Source of the DNA: the human T2T-CHM13v2.0 reference genome, Homo sapiens
Strand: one strand, 5' to 3'
Assembly (NCBI RefSeq): GCF_009914755.1
Contig: NC_060926.1
DNA length: 64,000 bases
Part shown: positions 34,018-47,769 of the stretch, piece after piece
How the letters are laid out: each line of letters starts with the position of its first letter
Position numbering within the stretch: the first letter of the stretch is position 1
The notes under the pieces: model-generated
What the model was told of the DNA's origin: nothing
Databases searched by the model: none
What the model saw: only the letters and a program-made list of their open reading frames with translations
Position numbers and translations under genes: made by a program

Positions 34018-36810
34018 TGTGACTTTCTTAAACTGTCTTTTTTTACTTAGCACAATGGTTTTGAGTTTCATCCATGTTGTAGCATGTATCAGTACTTCAT
34101 TTCTTTTTGTGGCTGAATAATATTCTATTATATGTATATACCACTAATTATTTATCCATTCGTCTGTTGATGGATAGGGTATTTGGTCTGTCTTCACTTT
34201 TGGACTATTGTAAATCATGCTGTTATGAACATGTATTTACATGTATTTGTTTCAGTACCTGTTTTCAGTTCTTTTGGGTATATACCTATCAGTAGAATTC
34301 TGGGGTCATTTGGTAATTCTATGTTTAGCATTTTAAGGAACTGGCAAATTATTTTCCACAGTGGTTGAACTATTTTACACTCCAACCAGCACTATATAAG
34401 GCTTCCAATTTTTCCACATCCTCCTCCACACTTGTTATTTTCTATTTGGGTTCTTATTACAGCCATCCTAGTGAATGTGAAGTGGTAATTCATTGTAGTC
34501 CTGATTTGCATTTCCCTGAAGACTAATAATGTCAAGCATTTTTTCATGTGTTTGTTGACCATGTGTAGATCCTCTTTAGATAAATGTCTATTCAAGTCAG
34601 TTACCCACGTTTTAATTGGATTGTTTGTCTTTTTGTTGTTGAGTCATGAGTTTTTTATATATTCTAGATTCTAGCCCCTTATCAGATATGTGATTTGCAA
34701 ATATTTTCTCCTTTTCTATAGACTGTCTTTTCAGTGTCTTGACATCTTTCAATGTTTAAAGTTTTAAAAAATTATTAAGTCAAATTGGTTTGTTTTCTTG
34801 TTTGTTATTTTGGTATCATATCTAAAATCCATTGCCAAATCCAATGTCATGATGACTTACCCACTTGTGTTTGTCTAAGTGTGCTATTATGGTTTTATCT
34901 CTTATATTTAGGTAATTGATCGATTGGGAGTTAATTTTTGTATGTGGTGTGAGGTAGGGGTCCACCTTCTTTCTTTTGCATGTGGTTATCACTTGTCCCA
35001 GCATCATTTGTTGAAGAGACTATTTTTTCTCCATTAAATGGTCTTGGCACCCTTATAAGTGTTTATTTTTGTACTCTCAGTTCTATTCCTTTGGTCCATA
35101 TGTGTATCTTTATGCTAGTGCCATGCTGTTTTGATTACTGTAGCTTTGTAGTCAGTGTTGAAATTGGGAAGCGTGAGTCTTCCAACTTTGTTTTTCCTTT
35201 GCAATATTCTTCTGGCTACACTTGCAATTTAATATGAATTTCAGAATCAGCTTTTCAATTTCTACAAAAAAAAATAGGCTATTGAAATTTCAATAGCAAT
35301 TGCATTGAATCTGGAGATCAATTTGTGGAGTACTGCCATCTTAATAATATTAAGTCTTCCAATCCATGGACATAGGATGTCTTTCTACTTACTTAGGTAT
35401 TCTATAATTTCTTTCAGAAATGTTTTGTAGTTTTCAGTCTATAACTATTTTACCTCTTTGGTTAAGTTTATTCCTAGGCATTTTCTTTTTTGGATGCCAC
35501 TGTAAATAGAATTTTCTTAATTTCCTTTTAAGAGGGTTCATTGGCAATGTATAGAAAAAACTGATTTTTGAGTGTTTATATCATACCCTGTAACTTTGCT
35601 AAATTCATTTATTAGCTCTAGTAGCTTTCTTGTGAATACTTTGGGAGTTTTCATATATAGGATAATATCATCTAAGGATAGAAATAGTTTTACCTCTTCC
35701 TTTCCAATTTGGATGGCTTTTATTTCTTTTTCTTGTCTAATTGCACTGGCTACTGTTTCCTGGACAGTGTTAAATAGCAGTGGTGAAAGAAAGTGTCCTT
35801 GTCTTGTTCCTAATCCTAGGGAGAAAGCTTTTAGTATTTCACCATTTGATATGTTGTTACCTGAGGGTTTTTCATAAATGCTCTTTATTATGTTAAGGAA
35901 GTTCCCTTCTAATCCTAGTTTTCTGAGGAATCATGGAAGGGTGTTGGTTTTTTTCAAATGCCTTTTTGCGTCAGTGGAGATAATCATGTGGGTTTTTTTT
36001 TTTTCCATTTTTCTATGATGTGGTGCATTGCCCGAAGTGATTTTCTTATGTTGAACCACCCTTGCGTTACAGGGATAAATCACACTTGATCATGATGTAT
36101 AATACACTTAATAGGCTGTTGGATTTAGTTTGCTAGTATTTTGTGGAGAATTTTTGCATCTATATTCACAAGGAATATTGGTTTTTAGCTTTCTTTTTTA
36201 TCACGTCTCTGTCTGGCTTCAGTATAAAGTCAAGGCTAGCCCCATAGAACGAGTTAGTAAGCATCCTTTCCACCCATTTTTTTTCTAGCAGTTTGAAAAT
36301 TTGGTGTTATTTAAGTGCATGGTAGAATTCACCAGTGAAGCTATCTGGTCCTGATGGCTTCTTTGTGGGGAGATTTTTGGTTATTGATTCAATCTCTGTA
36401 TTATTATCAGTCTGTTCAGATTTCCTATTTCCTCTTTACTTAGATTTAGTAGTCTATGTGTTTTTAGGAATTTGTACAGTTCATCTAGGTTATCTAATTG
36501 GTTGATCTACAACTGTTCCATAACATAATATTTATAATACTTTGTATTTCTATTTGGTTGGTGGTAATGTCCTCACTTTCATTTTTGATTTTAGTTATTT
36601 ATTTCTTCTTCCTCTTTTTCTTATCGATTTAAAGTTTTGTCAATTTTCTTGATCTTTTCCAAGAACCAACTTCTAGTTTCATTGATTCTCTCAACTGTGT
36701 TTCTACTCTCTGTTTCATTTATCTCTTCTCTAATCTTTATTAGTTTCATCCTTGCTAGCTTTCAATTTAGTTTGCTCTTCCTTTTCCAGTTCCTTGAGGT
36801 ATAAAGTTAG

Positions 36811-37136
<326 letters not shown>

Positions 37137-38823
37137 TCTCACATCTTTTTTAATATGAACATTTAGTGCTATTAATTTTCCTCTGAGCACTGTTTTTACT
37201 GCATCCCATATATTTTGATACATTGCAATTTTGTTTTTATTCTTCTCCAAGTAAATCTAATTTTCCTGTGATTTATCCTTGTGACTCATTGGTTAAGAAT
37301 GTGTTGCTTAATTTGCACATATTTGTAAATTTTTTAGTTTTCCTTGTATTAACTTCTAGTTTCATTCCATTTTGGTTGGAGAAGATACTTTGTATGATTT
37401 CAATCTTTTTAAATATATTAAGACTTTTTGTGGCCTAACATTTGATCTATCCTGGAGAAGATTCCATATCCACTTGAGAAGAATGTATATTCAGCTTTTT
37501 TGGGGTGGAATGCTCTACATGTCTGCTAGGTCTAGTTGGTTTATACTATTTTTCAAGTTGTCTATTTTCTTTTGGATCTTCTGTTTTTCTATTTATTATT
37601 AAAAGTGACATAATGTAGTCTCCAGTGACTATTGTAGTACTGTCTATTTTTCCCTTCAAGTCTGCCAATGTCTCGTTCATATATTTTTGGGCCCTGTTAT
37701 TTGATGGATATATGTGTATAATTGCTATATCTTCTTGATGAATTATCTTTTTGTCAATACATAATATCCTTCTTTGTCTCCTGTAACAGTTTTTTACTAA
37801 AAGTCTATTTATCTAATATTAGTTTAGCCACGCCATCTCTCTTTTGGTTACTGTTTGCATGAAAAATCTTCTTCCATAATTTCACTTTAATCTATTGGTC
37901 TTTGCATCTAAATTAAGTCCTTTGCAGATAACATATGATTTGATCATTTGATCATGTTGTATTATCCATTCTGCCAAGCTCTGCCTCTTGATTGAAGAGG
38001 TTAATCCATCTACATTTAAAGTAATTATTGATAAGGAAGGTCTTACGGCTGCCATTTTGCTATTTGATTTCTGTATGTTCTATACCATTTTTCTATTTCT
38101 CACTTCTTCCAATACTGTCTTATTTTGTATTTTAGCTTATTCTTAGTGGTATACCATTTTATTCCCTTCTCATTTTCTTTTGTGATTTTTAAAAAATATT
38201 TTCTTAGTCATTACCATGTGAGTTACAATTAACAACCTAAATTTATAACAACCTAATTTTAACTTATACCAACTTAGTTTCAGTAACATACAAACACTCC
38301 ACTACTAAGCAGCTTAATCACCCCTTACGTGTTGTTGTCACAAATTATATCTTTATAAGTTGTGTGCCAGATTGATAATTATTTTTAAGGATTTGTCTTT
38401 TAAATCATATAGGAAATAAAAAGAGGAGTTACAAACCAAAATACAATTATCCTAGCTTTAATATATTTACCTATGTAGTTGTCTTTACTGAAGTTCTTTA
38501 TTTCTTTGTATGGCCTCAAATTATCTCCTAGTAGTCAGCCTGAAGTACTCCCTTTATCATTTCTTTAGGGTAAGTCTACTAACACCAAGCTCCTTCTGCT
38601 TTCATTTATCTCAAAATGTCTTAATTTCTTCTTTATTTTTGAAGGATAGTCTTGCCATTTATAGAATTGTTGGTTTACACTTTTTTCTAGCACTTTATAT
38701 ATGTCATTCTACTATTTTCTGGCCTTCATAGTTTCAAAGCAAAATTGGCTGTTAATCTTATTGATGATCCCTTGCACATAATGTGTCACTTCTTTCTTGC
38801 TGCTTTCAATATTCTCTCTTTGT

Positions 38824-39105
38824 CCTCAGTTCAAAAATTGCCTCAAAAATTGAGAGTATCTGTACAATGAAATAATATATGAACAGGACCTGGCCTACAG
38901 AAGGAACTCAATAAATACTGGGTAATATAAATGATTCCTGTTATTTAGTGGGTGATTCTACATGCATTTGATTTTTAATTTAAATAATTAGCCATAATTA
39001 TAACTTAAAATGTCTAAAAATTCACACTGAGAAGGTCTAGATATTGGACTTACTAGAAAAAGACTTTCAGTCAATTGTCTTAAATATGCCCAAAGAGCTA
39101 AAGGA
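38824..39105 (-). repeat. Inverted duplicate of 39511-40107 (without the Alu at 39650-39959)
   Basis: The reverse complement aligns continuously across the Alu insertion point at roughly 80% identity by eye. Confidence 0.9.
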
Positions 39106-39642
39106 TAATTTGATTATAATGCCTCAGTGTGGATTTTTTTGAGTCTATTCTACTTAGAGTTCATTGAGCAACTTGAATAAGCTGGTTCAGACTTTTAGCA
39201 AATTGGGAAGTTTTCAGCCATTATTTCTTGAAATATTTTTTCTGCTTCATTTCTCTCATTTCTCCTTCAAGACTCCCACAATGCATAGAAGGTAAGCTTG
39301 ATGTTAACTATCTTATCACATTCTCTGACTCTTTCTTCTGCTTGCTGAAATCTGCTATTGAACCCCTATAATTAATTTTCCATTTGTTATTGTGCCATTC
39401 AGCTCCAGAATTACTATTTGGTTCTGTTTTATAATTTATATCATGTTTTTATATTCTCCTTTTGTTCATAAATCATTTTCCTGATTTCTTTTAGTTCTTT
39501 GTCCATGGTTTTCTTTAGTTCTTCGGGCATATTTAAGGCAACTGATTGAAAGTCTTTTTCTATTAAGTCCAATATAGAGGCCTTCTCAGTATGAACTTTT
39601 AAAGACATTTTAAGTGATAATTATGACTTTTTATTTAAATTA

Positions 39643-39959
<317 letters not shown>

Positions 39960-40009
39960 TCAACTGCATGTAGAACCACCTACTAAGTTACAGGAATTTT
40001 CTATATTAC

Positions 40010-40205
40010 CCAATATTTACTGCAGTCCTCCTGTAGGCCAGATCTTGTTCATACATTATTTTGTTGGACAAGTACACTCGACCTTTGACAGGAAAAGAAA
40101 CTGAGGCACAGGATTAGTAAAGTCATATGATTAGTAAATGGCAATACCAACATATGAACGAGGCAACTTTAACACAGAACTCTCACTTACAATCATCATG
40201 CTTTA
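40010..40205 (-). mobile_element. MIR SINE
   Basis: gaaactgaggcacag..gtcatatgattagtaaatggca.. Confidence 0.6.
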
Positions 40206-40479
40206 GCTTCTCTCAGCTGTAGTTTGCCTTCGTGGGGGCAATGATAACCTAGGACTCTGCCTAGTGAGTATAAGTTTCTCTAATATCAGTCATAATGGCC
40301 ATCCTAAGCTTAAAAACATTCAAATATGTATCTTGAAATTTCAAGCATAATGCATGTCATAAAGAGGAAAGGACAGGGTAAAATAGGAGCCCACAGCTAA
40401 GCCCACAGTCTTAACCTAGAAAGGAAATCAAGTGTGGCCTAGCTTAGAATCAGATCATTCAGTAGAGGACTCAACAGAC

Positions 40480-40915
40480 CAGGTAAAATATGAGGAAAAC
40501 ATGTTCTAGGCTGAGGAAAGCAGCAAATACCTGAAAAGGACAAAAGAGTGATCACTTAAGGTATTAAAAGAAGCCCAAAATCACCAGGAAGAAGCAGCAG
40601 GACATAAGTCTGGAGAGTTAGGAAGATGCCTTATTCCAGGATTAAGATTTTGGATTTTATTCTAAAGGTGAGGGGAAGACATTTAATAGTTGTAGGTGGT
40701 AAAGAAACATAACAACATAGAATCTGACAAGGGAGAAAGTGAGGCAAACAATTAGGAGGTTAGCATTGAAACTATGAGTTGATGGTGGCTTGAACAACGG
40801 GTAGGAATGGAGATAGATAGTAGCAATGGGGACATAGAGTGTAAGCATGCAAGAAATACTGCAGAGGAGTACTCACATGATGTACCTGATTGGGTGACTG
40901 ATTGAATGTTGGGAA
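40480..40915 (-). mobile_element. L2 fragment
   Basis: Purine-rich, with ttaagattttggattttattctaa..gggaagacatt..gtgactgattgaatgt. Confidence 0.6.
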
Positions 40916-40995
40916 TTAAGATATTTAAATCTTTATTATGTGGACAATGTTTTAATTTCTTTCTTCCTCTATTAACATAAAAATTAAGCATACAC

Positions 40996-41292
<297 letters not shown>

Positions 41293-43943
41293 AAAAACAA
41301 GCGTACACTTTTAAATTCTACTTGTAGTTATTTATCTTCATATTAAAAAAACTAAAATGATACATCTTCAATTATTAGAATGAGATCCTGTAATTTTCTT
41401 ATTTCTATATATAGATTAGAAAATGAGTAAAATAGCAGAACACATTTACTTCCTGCCACCTCTCTCCCACCCACTTGCATATTTGTTGCTGTAATCAGAA
41501 AGTTGTGACCATATTATTATTATTAAATTATTTATTAGGTAATAATTTATATCTTATGTGTCAAAAATTACATTTTTCCATTGCTTTGTAGTTGCAACAT
41601 GTTTTTAATTTATGTTTAAATTATTTCAAATGTTTCCTAATATTTATTTTATATCAAAATTTCACCTTTCTTGAGTTTTTAATTTTGACTCCTTCTCGAA
41701 TAAGGGAAGCATATCTTCAATTGTTTCAGAAAATGGGTGGTATGATGTTTGAACCTTGAGGTATCTGAGAATGTCTTTGTTTTCCTTTTCTTGAATAAAT
41801 GATAACTTGAGTAGGCAGACACTATAGGTCAAATCTTTCCCAGGCAACTGTAGATGTTATTCTATTCAGCTTTTGAAGTTTACTGCTGAAGACAAGTTTT
41901 TCTTCCTTTGCAATTAATTTTTTTTCCACCTGGATTCTTGTCGAACTTTTTCCATAACTTAGATACCAGAAGCCTTCCTTCACCCTCTCAAGGCTGGATG
42001 ATGGACTTTCCAATGTGTTTTCAGAGTACCATATATTACCCCTAATGTAAAAATCATAATACCACATTGTATAGTAATTGCCTGATTCTTGTATGTATGT
42101 CACCCAGTATAGACACCAAGTTCTTTAAAGGTAGGACAGTGTCTTAGTGATCTTTCTATCCCTAATTCTTAGCACATAGCAAATATTCCCAAAATATTCA
42201 CTGATTAAATTAATGACTTGATAGGGCATTTAATATTGAAATTTTTAACAAGATAGGTCATTAATATATTTCAAAACACATTGAGTCCTTTTCATTTTTA
42301 CAAAGTATTGTATTGGTTCAAAGTATTACTTCAGATAGCTTCTGATATATCTGTGGTTGCCGTCTCTGTTCTATTTACCCCAATTTCTTCTTCAGGAAGA
42401 AGTTGGGGCATAATCTTTCTACCATTTCCTTTAATGGTTGTCACCTATTTGTACTTTCCAGTCATATTTTGGAAGAGTTTTTCAAGCTTTTACTCTAATC
42501 ATTGATTTATTATTCTGCAATACTGATTCCATCTTTGATTATGTCCAAATTATATGTGAATTTTGCCATTGCATGTTGTTCTGTGTCCTTACAGACTTAA
42601 CTTATCCAACTTTGGTTTTATTTCACCTTGTCTCTAGTTCCCTCCTTATCTTAGTCTAATAGCTTATCATGTATTTCATCTCTTTTTGCATAGAAAATAC
42701 AAAGCAGATTCTCTCCATATACTTCTGCTTCTGGTAAATAATTTTCCAAAGTATTCACTTTCTTTGTATTTTGAAGACTCTCTTTCAGACAGCATAATCT
42801 TTTCAAAGGGATGCTTTCTCTTGAATTACTCGTTCCAAGCCTTGTGTCAACCTTACTACCTGAATGTGTGGATTTTGGTTCTTGGCTCTTCTCATTATCT
42901 GTCTGATGCTATTAGTTCTTCAGCATAGATGTTGAACTGGAAGACATATAGACATGCACAGTCAACAGCTAACTTTTTGGTTTGAAGCTGACATTTATCA
43001 ACTTTGTCACTGCGGGTGTTGGGCTGAGGTGAGATTCCTTACCTTTAATAGCTAGTTATTTTACTATAAAGAGAAGAATTCCTGGTTAATCAGAAACAAT
43101 GATTTGTCTTTTTCTTGATAAGAACCATATATGAAAAAGTAAACCCCCAGAGAAACAAACACCCAGTTCTGTCTGCCCAACCCCTTTCATTATTAGTTTC
43201 CTAAGCTTGGACACAGAGCATTACACCTATCCACTCCCTTTGGGTTATTGCTGGTATTCTCTAGGCCGTAGCTCCAAAATGGGTCATAGAGTGGAGAAAC
43301 TAATGGGAGAGATTAGGGCAAAGAGGTGTAAAATACTTCTTAGCCATCACACATAGTAGTGGAATTACTAGTAGGGGCCGTGAGGCAGGTAGCTTCCTTA
43401 CTATCCTTCCATACCAACACCTTTGATTGCCTTCCAACAAAAAAGTACATGTCCATTTCAGCTTCACAGTTCTTGCAATAAGTCCAGTATCCTATCAAAT
43501 TCTGGAACTAGGGTGCTTGTCAACAGGGTTATAGCTGCTCTTATGGTACTTTTCTGTGAGTTAGAAAAAGCACCTCTCTGAGAAGACACAGGCTGAAGGA
43601 GGCAAGGCTTTGCAACTGAGCACAGCCTGCTCAACCATACACAGTGGCCCTGGTTGTCAGTCTGCCTTCCAAGGCCATTGTGAGTTCTCATGTTTTTCTG
43701 ATTTTTCATAGCCATTTTAGTTGGAGAGTCTGCAATATAATCAGCCAGTCCAGATGTCATCGTAAATCAGAAGTCAACCAGATTCCATTAATAGTGATAT
43801 TGCACATCAAAGATTTGACTGAGAACATAACTGACATTCCAAGTCATAGTAACTGTTTATATTGCCAGGTTTCCTTGTCCTTAGGTTTATATTCAGAAGT
43901 CTCAATAAATTATTAAGCAGTTTTAAAACTAGGATTCAAAATA

Positions 43944-44425
<482 letters not shown>

Positions 44426-44944
44426 AGTTCCCCATTTTCATGCCACCATACCCAACCTCCAAAGCCACATCACTGCTCACTAACTTGAGGTATATAATAA
44501 TATGAGTGAAGGAAAATTGGAATAAAATTATGTCATTATTTTAAAAGATTATTCCTCAAATAAATGTCAACTCAATTTCTAACCTTTGTAAAACATACTG
44601 TATGTGAATTCTTAAAAAATCATCATTATAGGAAAAGGAAAATGTTTGATGCCATTTTAGCATTGATTACAAAATAATTCTACCAGCATTTATGCATATT
44701 TCACATACAGGGGAATTATGCAGCCACTTCTCTTCAAGACTACAACATCATGGAAGTGGAAAGAGAAAAATACGCATTTAAGAAATGTGTATATCTAGCT
44801 ATTTCCTTATTCAAAGTTTTTAGCACCTCCATATTTCAAAATGCCTATGCATTCAGCTTTAGACTCTGAGTATATTACTAAATTCCACTATTTCAATCAG
44901 AAATCTTCAAATCAGCTTATTTAATTTGCTCAAGCAGTGCTGAA

Positions 44945-45660
44945 TAAACTGGACTTCATCAAAATTAAGAATTTCTGCTTTGCAATAGATATTGTCAAGA
45001 GAGTAAAAAGACAAGCCACAGACAAGGAGAAAATTTTTTGCAAAAGACATATCTGATAAAGGACTTATCAAAAATACAAAGAACACTTAAAACTCAACAT
45101 TTGGAAAACAACCTGATTAAAAAATGGGCCAAAGGCCTTTACCTCCCCAAAGAAGTTAACCAGATGGTAAATAAATAGCCATATGAAAAGATCCTCCACG
45201 TCATATGTCATCAGGGAAATGCAAATTAAAACAACAATAAAATATGACACACATCTATTAGAATGGCCAAAATCCAGAACACTTACAACACCAAATGCTG
45301 GCAAGGATTTGGAGCAACAGGAACTCTTATTCATTCCTGGTGGGAATGCAAAATGGTAGCCACTTTGGAAGACAATTTGGCAATTGCTTACAAAACTAAA
45401 CATTCTCTTACCTTATGATCCAGCAATCATACTACTTGGTATTTATCCAAAGGAGATGAAAACTTATGTCCGCACAAAAAAACCTGCACACAGATATTTA
45501 TAACAGCTTTTTTTCATCACACTGGGGTGAGGGATGTTGATAATGGGGAAGGGCTATGCTTGTGTCAGGGCAGAAAGTATATGGAAAATCTCTGGACATT
45601 CCTTTCCATTTTGCTGTGAATCTAAAACTGCCCTCAAAAAAAGTTTAAATAATTTTTTTA
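44945..45660 (+). mobile_element. L1MC1-type 3' fragment with an internal deletion
   Basis: ggacttcatcaaaattaag...ttttgctgtgaatctaaaactg, with flanking direct repeat aagcagt(g/a)ctg. Confidence 0.8.
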
Positions 45661-46164
45661 AAGCAGTACTGTATTGTGATGTTTAACTCAATTACTTATT
45701 ACAAGAAAACTATTCAACTGGTCAAAACGTTATATATAAGAAGTTTCTGTTTGTTAAAAACATTGTTTCAAATATATTTAGGCTTTGACTTTTAAAAGTA
45801 TACAGCAACATTCAAGATAACTAGACAGAATGCACTGCAACTTGGCAGGTTTTTAAATCCTTGGACTTACTGGCCTAAGGAAAGATGTGTAAACATCCAT
45901 GATTCAGAAATACAGGGAGAAATTGGGGCAGCCAGACCTCATCCTCTTGCCCTAAAGGGAAAAGATATCTTTCTTGCGGTATCTAAGATATGAATCTTAG
46001 ATAATATTCATGCATGGCTAGGAATTGGAATAATGGGAAAGTCTTAATTCATGGGAAATTTTCTAATAAAGTTCCACCTCCATTTCCAGCCATTCCTCTT
46101 TAACAAATACATTTAGTGAAAAATACTACCAGTTGGGGAGAAACCAAATGGGTATGTGTATATG

Positions 46165-46333
46165 TAGTGTTTCTCAGAGTGTGGACTTTAACCACGTTTA
46201 ATTACATAAATTTACGAGGATCTGTTGAAAATGCAGGTTCCTGGGCTTCACTCCAGTTGCTCTGAAATGAAAGCTGTAGGAGTCGGTTGGTGAAACTACA
46301 TTTTGTTTCTCAGGTGATTCTTGTGTACTCTAA
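46165..46333. mobile_element. MER5-type MITE
   Basis: tagtgtttctcagagtgtgg..aaatgcaggttcctgggc..caggtgattctt. Confidence 0.65.
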
Positions 46334-46674
46334 CTCATATATAGGGTGATGTTATTTATTTACTGGTTATTTATTTACCGGTTATTTATCGTTTGGCAAA
46401 AAAATCCAGCAAAGACTCACAAGTGACCTTTACACTTGACATAGGATTCTCTTCCGCTGCTGACGCTTTTTTTTTCTAAGAGGCGGGGACTTGGCTGGGC
46501 AGGGCTGGGGGAGGGCGCTAGGCGGGGCGGGCAGGGGCGGGGCAGAAGAGCCCTGGGCTGGGTGGGGCAGGGCGGAAGGGCCCTGGCCTTGTTGGGTGGA
46601 GGTGAAGAGTTAATGGCTCCGCGCGCAGGCACTGCCCTCTGAACTGGAACAAAATGCAACTTCCGGTTGGAGTC

Positions 46675-46733
46675 ACTCGGCCAGGCGCCGGCGACCTGAG
46701 GGGAGAGGGAACGCAGCTGAAAGCGTGAACTGT
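46675..46733 (+). other. TANK: TANK alternative first exon (CpG promoter, 5'UTR)
   Basis: Short exon after the ETS site, ending TGT|gtgagt. The ~23.5 kb spacing from the upstream exon agrees with my recollection of the two TANK start sites. The start is approximate. Confidence 0.75.
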
Positions 46734-47040
46734 GTGAGTAAGAAACTTTGTGAATTGGTGTGTCCGAATCCGTCAAGCACGACGTCGGAGAATTTGTATG
46801 CGTGAGCGAGAGGGACGCGCTGACAGTAGGGGCGCCGCAGGGAGAGAAGCCGAGGAGCAGCGGAGACAACCAATTTGCAGTTTGGGGAGGGATTTTGTGC
46901 GGGAGAAACCACGCGAGTCCTTCCCCCGGAGCGGACTCCTTGTGGGTTGGTTTCCGGGCCCGCGATGTCAGCATAGCATCGTCGGCCTCTGCCCCAACGG
47001 CTTCAAGGGAGGGACTCGTCCCGGCTGCTTTGCCCGGGAA

Positions 47041-47069
47041 ATGGGGGTGGAAGGGCCTGCGGTGTCGAG
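47041..47069 (+). CDS. TANK: Candidate coding part of an alternative TANK 5' exon (MGVEGPAVS-R)
   Basis: Strong-Kozak gaaATGg, 9 codons plus 2 nt, then a good donor GAG|gtgagc. Confidence 0.45.
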
Positions 47070-47534
47070 GTGAGCAGTGGACCCTCCAGGAACATTCCCG
47101 ACTTCCCTTCGGGAGAGAGACTGCCTCCTAGAATCAAGTAGTATCGTGGTTACTCTTTCGAAAACTTAATTGGTTCTTTCTGTTGTTTTCCCAAGGTGGT
47201 TGCACAATTCCCCTCTGCCTTCCTGTGGGGTGTCATCATAGCCTGGTCAATGAGAAGTTGGGTAACTTCCCAGAGGGTCACGGAGGGAGTGGGTGGCCAA
47301 GGCAGGAAGAACAGAAGCCAACCCCGCCCACAGTGGGAACCCAGGCGTTAGGTAGAGTCCTCACGCCGGTGTAAACTGACTAGCAACGAGTTACAGGCAA
47401 AAAAGCTGTGCTTTTCTAGAAGTAGAAAGGGGGAGGATAATCAAAGAAGAGCTGTGCCTTTATTGTTATGCTATAACGAGCAAAAGTAAAGCAGCCTTGC
47501 TATGTAAAGTGGTGTTTATCTCACCTCACAGGAG

Positions 47535-47659
47535 ATGCTTTTGACAAGTTATAATAAGGGAGAGATGGTAGTAAAGGAAGTGAAGAAGCGACGTGAAATT
47601 GAAGGAAAAGAAAATGACCTGCCTTCTTACCGCGGTTGGAATACACACCCAAACGAGAG
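47535..47659 (+). CDS. TANK: Candidate coding alternative TANK exon (47532-47659; MLLTSYNKGEMVVKEVKKRREIEGKENDLPSYRGWNTHPNE-R)
   Basis: Acceptor tctcacctcacag|G, ATG at 47535 and in-frame gagATGg at 47565, 41 codons plus 2 nt, then a weak donor GAG|gtagca. The sequence is purine-rich and exon-like. Confidence 0.5.
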
Positions 47660-47769
47660 GTAGCAGAGAAGCAAGCAGTGCATTCTGTTAAAAATTATTG
47701 TGTCCTCATTTGAGAGAGGAGGGATCCTCAAATAATACAACTATGTGCAAAGCAGGAAGTGAAATCCTT

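Larger units (their letters stand above)
46450..47130 (+). promoter_or_regulatory. TANK: CpG-island promoter of TANK
   Basis: The only CpG-rich non-repeat island in the window. It has multiple GGGGCGGGG GC boxes (46480-46545) and an ETS/GABP site ACTTCCGG at 46659-46666, with no TATA box evident. Confidence 0.9.

Noticed and set aside
46417-46974. 185-aa minus-strand ORF and the overlapping 123-aa plus-strand ORF (46760-47131)
   Set aside because: Pro/Ser/Arg-rich products typical of stop-poor CpG islands, with no recognisable domain.
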